Source: Anaerolineaceae bacterium (GTDB taxonomy: Bacteria > Chloroflexota > Anaerolineae > Anaerolineales > Anaerolineaceae). Taken from it: DNA of 24,000 nucleotides. Shown piece by piece: positions 7,702 to 15,591 of the stretch. Positions within the stretch are counted from its first letter, which is position 1; each line of letters begins with the position of its first letter. Made by a program: the position numbers and the translations under genes. The notes under the pieces are model-generated. The model had not been told where the DNA came from and made no database searches. It saw nothing but the letters and a program-made list of their open reading frames with translations. The stretch spans positions 884,225 to 908,224 of the forward strand of contig JAXGXZ010000001.1 in assembly GCA_040772525.1 (NCBI GenBank), given 5' to 3'.

Positions 7702-8390
7702 GGTAGTGTCAAGTATTTTTCGCACATTTAGGAATCACTTGGTAGTAGTTCCTCCAGATGTTGCATGTTCAAGTACGTTTTCTGTTCCCAGAGCGAGCCT
7801 TGCATGTGCCTCAACCTGGCACACACTAACATCAACGCGGACTGACCGTCTGGGAATGCGCCAACCGTCCTGGTTCTGCGTCTGATTTCCCGTTTCAATC
7901 GTTCCATGGCATTATTTGAGCGGATCCGCCGCCAGTGTTCCCTGGGGAAGTCCATATAGCTCAGGGTTTCAAAAGCAGCGTCTCCACTATCAAGCATCTG
8001 GTGTGTACAACTAACACTCATGTCTGACACATAAGGTGTAACTTAACACAGTGTCTAGCGGTCTTTTTCCTCGATTTCCATACCCGCGATGAGGTATTTA
8101 ATAACCTTGTTGCACTAAAACTTTGAGACCACCTTTGTAATAGTTGACGGTTAATGATTACGAGTATTATTTCGGAAATAAGATTCGAAACATGCGGACC
8201 AATTAACACACATACGTTTCGTCATCTTTTAGTGACCTTACATTCTTGTCCATTTTATTCGTCCAATGATTATGGTTTCGTTTTATTGTTTTTAGCCCAT
8301 TGCTTACCCATTATTGCCCATACTAATGAAGGACTATATCCTGTCACGGTGAACCCGGGTAGCTATCTTGCAGTTGTTCTTATACGTTTT
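7702..8390 (-). mobile_element. IS256-family (Mutator-like) insertion sequence remnant: 3' half of the transposase gene, progressively decayed, far end missing
   Basis: A terminal GGTAGTGTCAAGTATTTTTCGCAC-type repeat sits at 7702. The minus-strand coding remnant runs from 7728 upward. The degraded motif QECKVTKR*RNV (8213-8248, minus) fits the family's QRC.VHK.RN motif. RQLLQRWSQSF fits the ...W...YP region. The upper boundary is approximate. Confidence 0.55.
7728..8030 (-). pseudogene. IS256-family transposase C-terminal fragment (best-preserved part)
   Basis: The 100-aa ORF contains FETLSYMDFPREHWRRIRSNNAMERLKREIRRRTRTVGAFPDGQSALMLVCARL. This closely follows the IS256/Mutator C-terminal signature FP.EHW..IRTTN.IE.LN.EIRRRT.VVG.FP...S.LRL. 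The N-terminal ~300 aa of a full transposase are absent or decayed. Confidence 0.75.
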
Positions 8391-8475
8391 TAGAAGGGCA
8401 TCGCCCGACGACGTGGCAATCTGGGTTTAACCGGATGTTAGGGACTAGTTCAACCCACTGGTAAAAAACTCACTG

Positions 8476-8505
8476 TTAGGCAAATTTTGCCCTACCTACT
8501 ATAAT
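8476..8505 (+). promoter_or_regulatory. Putative sigma70-type promoter giving a leaderless transcript
   Basis: TTAGGC (8476-8481), an 18-nt spacer, then TATAAT (8500-8505). Only 6 nt separate the -10 from ATG 8512, and there is no SD. Confidence 0.4.
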
Positions 8506-8511
8506 TCCGCT

Positions 8512-8739
8512 ATGCGCGTGATCAAAGCTTCAGAACTGGGCTCCTTCCGTTACTGCCAGCGTGCCTGGTGGTACCAATTCAAAGGTTACACCAACGAAAA
8601 TACCAATCAGCTCAATCTTGGGAAGGAAAAACACAGTCAACATGCCCGGGGCGTCAACGCAGCAGCAATATTCAAAATCCTGTCCTTGCTTCTGGCCATA
8701 ACCGCGTTTATCTGGGCTCTCCTGCAGGTGCTTCAATGA
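8512..8739 (+). CDS. Cas4/DUF83-like nuclease N-terminal segment (first Fe-S cysteine) fused to a transmembrane helix
   Basis: 75 aa. ASELGSFRYCQRAWWYQFKG resembles the Cas4 N-terminal motif with its conserved Cys. The C-terminal AAAIFKILSLLLAITAFIWALLQVL is a TM helix. Stop TGA 8737-8739 overlaps the next ATG (ATGA). Confidence 0.65.
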   Translation: MRVIKASELGSFRYCQRAWWYQFKGYTNENTNQLNLGKEKHSQHARGVNAAAIFKILSLLLAITAFIWALLQVLQ

Positions 8740-9257
8740 AGCCCTGGCTGCCCGTCCTGTTTCTGCTTCTATTGGCAAGTCTTTTTTACCTGCTCTCAAT
8801 GCGCAAAACTCGGCAGACTGGACTGCCCAAAGGGAGAGTGATCTACGCCGATAACGCTGAGCAGCAAAAACTGCCGGAACCGCTTTTCGACCCTGCGCTT
8901 AGTCTGGTGGGTAAACCGGATTATGTAGTTAAAACCCCGGAGGGTTATGTCGTGCCCGTGGAATTCAAGAGTATGCCCGCCCCTGATCAGCCTTATGACA
9001 GTCACATTCTGCAATTGGCTGCATACTGCCACTTAGTCGGGGTGAACCTAGGACCTCAACCAGCTTACGGATTGATCCGCTACGCAGATAAAACCTTTCA
9101 GATTGGTTACACACCCAAGCTGCAAGCAGAACTCCAGAAGACTCTTTCAGAAATCCGGGATATCCAAACCGCTAACTATGCACCTGGTCGCTCTCACCAA
9201 TCATACGAACGCTGTGTAGCCTGCGGGTTTCGAAACGTATGTGATCAGTGTTTATAG
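8736..9257 (+). CDS. Membrane-anchored PD-(D/E)xK (Cas4-like) nuclease core with C-terminal C-x2-C-x5-C cluster motif
   Basis: The start was chosen at ATG 8736, with AGGTG at 8726-8730. The track ORF 8568-9257 has a non-sensical N-terminal extension that overlaps the upstream gene. It begins with the TM helix WLPVLFLLLLASLFYLL. Then come GKPDYVVKTPEGYVVPVEFKS (D...E.K), QLAAYCHLV (QxxxY) and ERCVACGFRNVCDQC. Confidence 0.8.
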   Translation: MKPWLPVLFLLLLASLFYLLSMRKTRQTGLPKGRVIYADNAEQQKLPEPLFDPALSLVGKPDYVVKTPEGYVVPVEFKSMPAPDQPYDSHILQLAAYCHLVGVNLGPQPAYGLIRYADKTFQIGYTPKLQAELQKTLSEIRDIQTANYAPGRSHQSYERCVACGFRNVCDQCL

Positions 9258-9360
9258 AGAGTTAACTAATTACGATCCTTGTAATGTCAATTTTTATTCA
9301 TGAAGAAATGATCACGCTGGTAATGAATTAATTCTTATTGTTAAATCTCACCAAAAGTTG

Positions 9361-9390
9361 TTGACATATCTTATGGACGCTTGCTATAAT
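9361..9390 (+). promoter_or_regulatory. Putative sigma70 promoter of the DeoR/PTS operon
   Basis: TTGACA (9361-9366), an 18-nt spacer ending in TGc (extended -10), then TATAAT (9385-9390). It lies 44 nt upstream of the regulator ATG. Confidence 0.55.
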
Positions 9391-9433
9391 AGTAACATCA
9401 TCGAACAATTTGGCTCACCTTATATGATCTATT

Positions 9434-10225
9434 ATGATCGAAATTGATAATAATTTCCCATTGATCGCAGAAGAACGCAGAGCAGTTTTGCTGCGGGAAT
9501 TGAATGACCACGGTTTTATACAAGCTGCAGAATCAGCCAAAAGGCTGGGCATCTCCGTTATCACCATCCGGCGCGATCTTGAGCTTTTGGAAGAGGAAGG
9601 TTTGTGTATTCGCAAACGCGGCGGTGCGGTACGGTCTTCAGACCGGGTCACATTGGAACTGCCCTACGAGATCAAACGCAACCAGCACATTAATGAGAAG
9701 AAACGCATCGGTCAAAACGCGTCAACGCTGGTCAAAGACGGCAATACCATCATTTTGGATGCGGGTTCCACTACTTTTGCCATGTCCTTGTTCCTGCGCA
9801 GCAAACGGCGAATTTCCGTAGTCACCAACGACCTGCAGATTGCCGTAAAGCTGGCCTCAAATCCGGGTATTAACCTGATATGTACGGGGGGCATTGTGCG
9901 TCCGAACGTCTTTTCCCTGCAGGGTCGGGAAGTGGTTAACCTGATCGAAGACTTGCACGTGGATACCACTTTTCTCGGAGCGGATGCCATCCACGAAGAC
10001 CTGACAATCACGAATGTGAATTTCGAGGAAGTTCCCATTAAGCAAGCCATGATCCGTGCAGCCAAACAAGTAGTTTTGATTGCAGATTCATCCAAATTTA
10101 ATCGCACGGGTTTTGTTAAAGTATGCAGCATCAGCGAGATCGACAAGATCATCACCGATCGCGGCATTTCTGAATCGGTTTTGCAGCGGCTAAATGAGTT
10201 GCCTGTCGAAGTGCAAATCGTTTAG
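9434..10225 (+). CDS. DeoR/GlpR-family transcriptional regulator (SgcR-like position)
   Basis: 263 aa. The N-terminal wHTH is ERRAVLLRELNDHGFIQAAESAKRLGISVITIRRDLELLEEEGLCIRKRGGAV. The C-terminal DeoR sugar-phosphate sensor domain includes IILDAGSTT...TFLGADAI. Confidence 0.9.
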   Translation: MIEIDNNFPLIAEERRAVLLRELNDHGFIQAAESAKRLGISVITIRRDLELLEEEGLCIRKRGGAVRSSDRVTLELPYEIKRNQHINEKKRIGQNASTLVKDGNTIILDAGSTTFAMSLFLRSKRRISVVTNDLQIAVKLASNPGINLICTGGIVRPNVFSLQGREVVNLIEDLHVDTTFLGADAIHEDLTITNVNFEEVPIKQAMIRAAKQVVLIADSSKFNRTGFVKVCSISEIDKIITDRGISESVLQRLNELPVEVQIV

Positions 10226-10330
10226 TTCTGCCTGACCTACGAAAGGAGGCTATTGGCAAATCAAAAACAAACAAATAACATGTAATGCACCGCAAAATTT
10301 ATATTCATTTATTGATATAGGAGAAATCGC

Positions 10331-11728
10331 ATGACATTTACTGATATTATCAAAGCAGTATCTGACTTCCTGATGGGTTTGGGCGTTCCGCTCCTGCTCC
10401 CCATCATTATCACGGTTATTGGTCTCATTTTCGGCCAAAAATTCACCACAGCTCTGCGTGCTGGTCTGACATTGGGTGCCGGCTTTATCGCATTGAACCT
10501 GGTAATCGGCCTGCTGATCAATAACATGACTCCGGTTGTGGACACAATGGTTCAGACCACTGGCAGCCGCTTGAATATCCTGGATGTGGGTTGGGGCGTT
10601 GCCGGCGCCATCGCCTGGGGCACTACGGCTGGTTCCATTGTCATTGTCGTTTGCCTCGGTATCAACATTCTGATGCTGGCGCTGCGCCTGACCAAGACCC
10701 TGGATGTTGACATCTGGAACTTCTGGAACAATGCCTTCACCGCTTCCGTGGTTGCCCTCGTCACCAAGAACCTGTTAGCCGGTCTGATTGCTGCGGGAAT
10801 TTTGATGGTCTACTCCCTCTTTATTGCTGATCTCACCGCCAAGCGTGTGCAGAAATTCTATGGGCTCCCTGGAATCAGCATCCCGCACGGTTGGGCTGTT
10901 ACCAGTGTGCCGATCATTGGCATTGTGAACTGGGTTCTGGATCGCATTCCCGGTGTCCGTGACATCTACTGGGATGAGAGCTCCATTCGTGAGAAACTGG
11001 GCGTTGTTGGCGAACCACTCTTCCTGGGTACCGTTCTTGGTATTGTGGTTGGCGCCATTGGTGGTATGTGGCGTGAACCTGTGAAACTGTTAACCCTTGG
11101 TGTGACCGTTGGTACCGCTATGATTTTGATTCCCAAAATCATTGGTTTCTTCATGGAAGCCCTCTCCCCCATCGCCGAATCCGCGCGTGACTATATGCAG
11201 AAGCACTTCGGCGGGCGCGAATTCTACATTGGTTTGGACTCCGCAGTTCTGATTGGTCACCCCGTGACTGTGGCTGCGGCTATCATCCTCATTCCCATTA
11301 CCCTGGGTCTGGCGCTGATCCTGCCCGGCAACCGCGTTTTGCCCTTTGGTGACCTGGCTTCACTATTCTACTTTGTTGCCATGGCGCCCTTCATGTCCAA
11401 GGGTAATCTGTTCCGCTCCGTTGTCTCCGGTGCTGTGATTATGTCCGTGGTTATGTTGGTTTTAACCTCCTTTGGCTCCAGTCTGACTGAGATGGCCTCA
11501 TCCATCGGTTATGAGATACCAGCCAATGCGGTGGACATTACCGGCCTTTCCGCTGGCAACTGGGTGACGGCAGTCACCTATCAAATTGGAAGACTCACTG
11601 GTGGTGGCAATGTCGCTGCTATCGCTCTGTTTGTCGTCCTGGTTCTGATGCTTGTCGGCGTCGCCCTGTTTAACAAAAACCAAAAGGTCGAGGTAGTGGA
11701 AGAAGTTGTCGAAGACAACGTGAACTAA
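10331..11728 (+). CDS. PTS galactitol-family EIIC permease (GatC/SgcC-like)
   Basis: 465-aa polytopic membrane protein. The N-terminus VSDFLMGLGVPLLLPIIITVIGLIFGQKFTTALRAGLTLGAGFIALNLVI is typical of the EIIC-GAT family. RBS GGAGA lies 6 nt upstream. Confidence 0.9.
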   Translation: MTFTDIIKAVSDFLMGLGVPLLLPIIITVIGLIFGQKFTTALRAGLTLGAGFIALNLVIGLLINNMTPVVDTMVQTTGSRLNILDVGWGVAGAIAWGTTAGSIVIVVCLGINILMLALRLTKTLDVDIWNFWNNAFTASVVALVTKNLLAGLIAAGILMVYSLFIADLTAKRVQKFYGLPGISIPHGWAVTSVPIIGIVNWVLDRIPGVRDIYWDESSIREKLGVVGEPLFLGTVLGIVVGAIGGMWREPVKLLTLGVTVGTAMILIPKIIGFFMEALSPIAESARDYMQKHFGGREFYIGLDSAVLIGHPVTVAAAIILIPITLGLALILPGNRVLPFGDLASLFYFVAMAPFMSKGNLFRSVVSGAVIMSVVMLVLTSFGSSLTEMASSIGYEIPANAVDITGLSAGNWVTAVTYQIGRLTGGGNVAAIALFVVLVLMLVGVALFNKNQKVEVVEEVVEDNVN

Positions 11729-11743
11729 GTTAAGACGTAGTGA

Positions 11744-11778
11744 TTAAGGGGTGCGGGAAAACCCGCACCCCTTAATTT
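11744..11778 (+). terminator. Strong intra-operon hairpin (14-bp perfect stem, AAAA loop, short TTT tail)
   Basis: ttaaggggtgcggg (11744-11757), aaaa, cccgcaccccttaa (11762-11775), ttt. It lies 16 nt after the EIIC stop and 17 nt before the TTG start of the dehydrogenase. Confidence 0.55.
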
Positions 11779-11794
11779 CAGAAGGCAGGTAAGT

Positions 11795-12826
11795 TTGAAA
11801 ACAGCGATTTATTACAACAATCATGATGTGCGCGTTGAAGACCGCCCCGTCCCTGAGTTGCACGAGGGTGAGATTTTAGTGCAAAGTAAAGCTTGCGGTG
11901 TCTGTGTCTCAGACACAATGGAATGGTATCTGGCGCCGCGTGCCCCCCTCCCCCGCGGACATGAGGCAGCAGGTATCATCGTGAAAATTGGCCCCGGTGT
12001 CACGAACTTCAAAGTGGGCGACCGGGTGGCGGTGCATCATCATATCGCTTGCATGCGCTGCGAACATTGCCGGAAAGGTAACTTTACCCTTTGCGAATCT
12101 TTCAAACGCAGTAACATTGAGCCTGGCGGCTTCGCAGAATACTTTAAAGCTTCCCGTGAACATGTCTTAACCAGCACGCTGCTGCTGCCCGACCATGTCA
12201 GCTATGAGGCAGGCACACTTGTGGAACCACTGGCTTGTGTGGTGCATGCCATCCGTAAAGCTCAGGTCCAACCGGGCGATAAAGTTGTACTCATCGGTAC
12301 GGGTGTGATGGGCTTGATGTTCATCGAAACCCTGCGCCATTGGGGTGTTGACGATCTGTTGGTCTATGAGGTGTTGGATTGGCGGATGCAACAAGCTCTC
12401 GAAGCCGGTGCTACAACCGTGCTTAAACCAAGCGCAGACCCCAAGGATGAGATCCAGCGCGTACGCGAACATTTTGGGGGTTCTTTGGGTGATAAAATTT
12501 TCATCGCCGCCAAGGATCTGCGGGCAATGGAACTGGGCATGCAGCTGGTGCAAGGCGGTGGAACAGTGGTTTTCTTTGCCACCCCCATGCCAGAAGAGTG
12601 GATCAAACTTTATCCAAGCCATCTCTTCTTCAATGAAATTACGCTCACATCAAGCTACTCGGCCAATCACATTGATATCCGTACTGCTTTGGACCTAATC
12701 TCCAATGGCGTGATCAATATTGAAAAACTGATTACGCACCGTTACCCGCTGGAAAAACTATCCGATGCTATCTTACAAACCGTAAGTAGAGATTCCAGTC
12801 TTAAATGCATCGTCACATTTGAATAA
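11795..12826 (+). CDS. Zn-dependent medium-chain dehydrogenase (sorbitol / galactitol-1-phosphate dehydrogenase-like)
   Basis: 343 aa with a TTG start (RBS GAAGGCAGG). Catalytic-zinc motifs are CGVCVSD and GHEAAG. The structural-zinc Cys cluster is CMRCEHCRKGNFTLC. The Rossmann motif is LIGTGVMG. Confidence 0.9.
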   Translation: MKTAIYYNNHDVRVEDRPVPELHEGEILVQSKACGVCVSDTMEWYLAPRAPLPRGHEAAGIIVKIGPGVTNFKVGDRVAVHHHIACMRCEHCRKGNFTLCESFKRSNIEPGGFAEYFKASREHVLTSTLLLPDHVSYEAGTLVEPLACVVHAIRKAQVQPGDKVVLIGTGVMGLMFIETLRHWGVDDLLVYEVLDWRMQQALEAGATTVLKPSADPKDEIQRVREHFGGSLGDKIFIAAKDLRAMELGMQLVQGGGTVVFFATPMPEEWIKLYPSHLFFNEITLTSSYSANHIDIRTALDLISNGVINIEKLITHRYPLEKLSDAILQTVSRDSSLKCIVTFE

Positions 12827-12856
12827 CCGCTATCATGAAGCGGAAAGGAAATTTTT

Positions 12857-13597
12857 ATGGCTTACTTAATTGACTTAGCTGGCAAAGTTGCCATCGTTAC
12901 AGGCGCTGGCAAGGGAATTGGTCTGGCAATTGCCCAGATTCTGGCCCAAGCTGGCGCACAGGTTGTGATGGACGATCTGCAACCGCGTGATGCCGTTCAA
13001 CCGCTTCTGGATGAGATTGCCCAAACCGGTCCAATGCCGCTTTACCTGAACAAAGACATTACCGACCCCACCCAGGCAGAAGCCATGGTACAGGAAACTT
13101 TGGCACAATTCGGGCGGGTGGATATTATGGTGAATAATGCTGGCGTGGTAGCGGATTGGGATAAAAGTTACGCAGTGCATGTGAAAGGCATTTACAATTG
13201 CTCTGAGGCTGTGCGGCCGCATATGGCGGAGCGCGGCAGCGGAAAAATAGTCAACCTTTCCTCCACTTGTGCCATTAGTGGCAGCACAGGCATCCCCCAA
13301 TATGTTGCCACCAAGGGTGGCACCTTCTCGCTCACGCGCTACCTAGCCCGCACCTATGCCCCCCAGGGCATTTTAGTGAACGGCGTGATGCCGGCTGTGA
13401 TCATGAGCGACATGCTCATGACCCGCTATAAAGACGAAGAGGAAATGCTCAATCACTACATCCCCATTATGCCCATCAAGCGCATCGGTTACCCTATCGA
13501 TATTGCCCGAATCGTGCTCTTCCTCAGCTCAGAGCTCTCGGACTACCTGTGTGGAGAAGTTCTGATTGCCGATGGCGGAAGAATGCATGTTGGTTAG
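12857..13597 (+). CDS. Short-chain dehydrogenase/reductase (SDR) family oxidoreductase
   Basis: 246 aa with VAIVTGAGKGIGLAIA (TGxxxGxG), NNAG, and the catalytic S...YVATK (YxxxK). Confidence 0.9.
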   Translation: MAYLIDLAGKVAIVTGAGKGIGLAIAQILAQAGAQVVMDDLQPRDAVQPLLDEIAQTGPMPLYLNKDITDPTQAEAMVQETLAQFGRVDIMVNNAGVVADWDKSYAVHVKGIYNCSEAVRPHMAERGSGKIVNLSSTCAISGSTGIPQYVATKGGTFSLTRYLARTYAPQGILVNGVMPAVIMSDMLMTRYKDEEEMLNHYIPIMPIKRIGYPIDIARIVLFLSSELSDYLCGEVLIADGGRMHVG

Positions 13598-13629
13598 TTA
13601 GTTAGACTACTTATTAAAAGGATTTGCGA

Positions 13630-14730
13630 ATGAAAAAACATCTTGAAACCCTGAAGGCCCTCACGGCCATCCCAGCCCTTTCCGGCATGGAAGACCGTAT
13701 GATCACCGAAATGGTCAATCGCTTCAAACCTTTGGCAGATGAAGTGGATGTGGACCGCCTCGGCAACGTGACGGCGACATTCAAAGGCAGCGACCCCAAG
13801 CAGCCTTCCTTGCTCATTTTTGCGCACATGGACGAACTTGGACTGATGATTACCAAAGTGGATTCCAACGGCTTCCTGCGCTTTGATCGCGTTGGCGGCG
13901 TACCGGAGAAAACCCTGAGAGGTCAGTTCCTGGAAGTGCACGCGCTGGACGGAAAGTCTTCCGTGGTCGGCTTCGTGGGCACACATGCGCACCACCTGAC
14001 CCCGTCGGATGCCAAATATAACGTACCCACCCCAGACCAAATGTATATTGACCTGGGCTGTTCCTCAGCTGAAGAGGTTTACGAACTGGGTATTAACACT
14101 GGCAGCGCGGTTACTTACGTGCCCAATTTCCGCTTGACCGGTCCCCATCATGTGACCAGTAAAGCATTAGATAACCGCATCGGCAACCTGCTTCTTTTGG
14201 ATCTTGCAGAACACATGCATGCAAACCGCCCTAGGGCTACCATCTATTTGGTGGCATCCGTGCAGGAAGAGTTCAACATCCGCGGCAATATGCCCGCTTT
14301 CACGCGCCTGGAGCCAACAGTCTCCATTTGTCTGGATATCACCGCTGCCTGCGACACTCCGGACTTGAACAATCGCTACAATATTGCCCTCGGAAAAGGC
14401 CCGGCAGTTCTGCAAATGAATTTTCATGGGCGCGGCACCCTGGCTGGTCTTATTCCAAACCCCAAGCTGCGCCTTTTCCTGGAAAAGACGCTGACTGACC
14501 TTGGTATCGCTTTCCAGCGCGAGGTCATCATTGGCGAAATCACCGACGATGCCTTTACCCTTGTTTTGGGTAAACAAGGTGTCTCCATGGCGCATATTTC
14601 CATTCCCCTGCGCTACACTCACGCGCCCGTGGAAACTGCAGATGTGCGCGATATAGAATCCGCGATGAAATTGTTGCGCAAGGTCGTAGACCTTTATGAT
14701 AGCCATCTCGATCTCAGTCGCGGCGTATAA
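13630..14730 (+). CDS. M42-family metallopeptidase-like protein (FrvX/SgcX-like)
   Basis: The start is taken at ATG 13630, with AAGGA 8-9 nt upstream; the track begins at TTG 13624. LKALTAIPALSGMEDRMI...DRLGNVTATFKG...LLIFAHMDELGLMITKVDSNGFLRFDRVGG is the M42 signature. Confidence 0.9.
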   Translation: MKKHLETLKALTAIPALSGMEDRMITEMVNRFKPLADEVDVDRLGNVTATFKGSDPKQPSLLIFAHMDELGLMITKVDSNGFLRFDRVGGVPEKTLRGQFLEVHALDGKSSVVGFVGTHAHHLTPSDAKYNVPTPDQMYIDLGCSSAEEVYELGINTGSAVTYVPNFRLTGPHHVTSKALDNRIGNLLLLDLAEHMHANRPRATIYLVASVQEEFNIRGNMPAFTRLEPTVSICLDITAACDTPDLNNRYNIALGKGPAVLQMNFHGRGTLAGLIPNPKLRLFLEKTLTDLGIAFQREVIIGEITDDAFTLVLGKQGVSMAHISIPLRYTHAPVETADVRDIESAMKLLRKVVDLYDSHLDLSRGV

Positions 14731-14772
14731 CCTTACACAAAATGAAATTATTATCAATAGGAGGAAAAGATT

Positions 14773-15591
14773 GTGAATAAAAATAAATGGTTCAAAGAAT
14801 TGTTCGGAACAGACAAAGCCATCATTGGAATGTGCCACTTTCAGGCCATGCCCAGTGACCCCGGCTACGATTCCGTAGCGGGTGTTAAAAAAGTAGTTCA
14901 GATGGCTCGGGAAGACCTGTTAGCCCTACAGGAAGGCGGAGTGGATGCTGTCATGTTCTCCAACGAATTCAGCATGCCCTACCTGTTGGATGTGCGTCAT
15001 GTAACGGTTGCCACAATGGCACGCGTGATTGCCGAACTCTATAATGATCTGCACATCCCATTTGGCGTGAATGTGCTTTGGGATCCTAAACGCTCTATTG
15101 ACCTGGCTTCCGCGGTGGGAGCCAGTTTTGTGCGCGAGATCTTCAGCGGTGTTTATGCCAGCGATTTTGGCGTCTGGAATACCAACTGTGGCGAGACTGT
15201 GCGTCACAAGATGGCTGTGAATGCGGACAACGTGCGCCTGTTCTTTAACATCGTTCCTGAGGCCGCTGTCTATATGGCTGAGCGTGATATCGTCTCAGTA
15301 GCCAAATCCACGGTTTTCAATCATAAACCGGACGGGCTTTGTGTCTCCGGCCTCACCGCTGGCGCGCCAACAGACACCTCATTCCTGAAAAAGGTCAAGG
15401 ATACCGTGCCCAACACCATCGTGTTTGCTAACACCGGCATGCGCCTGGAAAATGTTGAAGCCCAGCTTTCCATCGCTGACGGTGCCGTGGTGGGAACCAC
15501 CTTCAAAAAAGATGGCGTGTTTACCAACCAGGTGGATGCAAAACGCGTTAAAGAGTTTATGGATAAAGTAAAGGCTTTTCGCGGCAAATGA
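14773..15591 (+). CDS. sgcQ: BtpA/SgcQ-family protein
   Basis: 272 aa with a GTG start 8 nt after AGGAGG (14759-14764). IIGMCHFQAMPSDPGYD...LQEGGVDAVMFSNEFSMPY follows the BtpA/SgcQ pattern (iG.iHl.PLPGsP.y...GvDaii.EN..d.Py). It sits in a PTS context. Confidence 0.85.
   Translation: MNKNKWFKELFGTDKAIIGMCHFQAMPSDPGYDSVAGVKKVVQMAREDLLALQEGGVDAVMFSNEFSMPYLLDVRHVTVATMARVIAELYNDLHIPFGVNVLWDPKRSIDLASAVGASFVREIFSGVYASDFGVWNTNCGETVRHKMAVNADNVRLFFNIVPEAAVYMAERDIVSVAKSTVFNHKPDGLCVSGLTAGAPTDTSFLKKVKDTVPNTIVFANTGMRLENVEAQLSIADGAVVGTTFKKDGVFTNQVDAKRVKEFMDKVKAFRGK

Noticed and set aside
8154-8393. 79-aa plus-strand ORF
   Set aside because: It lies antisense within the decayed IS256-type remnant and has no RBS or recognisable domain.
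8568-8735. N-terminal extension of the nuclease ORF (track ORF 8568-9257)
   Set aside because: The extension overlaps ORF A in another frame and translates to low-complexity, basic, motif-free sequence. ATG 8736, with an AGGTG SD and the ATGA overlap, is a far better start.
9294-9330. AT-rich inverted repeat (TTATTCAT ... ATGAATTA) upstream of the DeoR promoter as an operator
   Set aside because: Only 7 of 8 positions match in an AT-rich spacer, which is easily produced by chance. No second copy lies near the EIIC promoter region to support a regulon motif.
8400-9433. CRISPR array or cas genes associated with the Cas4-like nuclease
   Set aside because: I read the flanks on both strands. There are no direct repeats of 25-40 nt with regular spacing and no other cas-like ORFs, so the nuclease stands alone.
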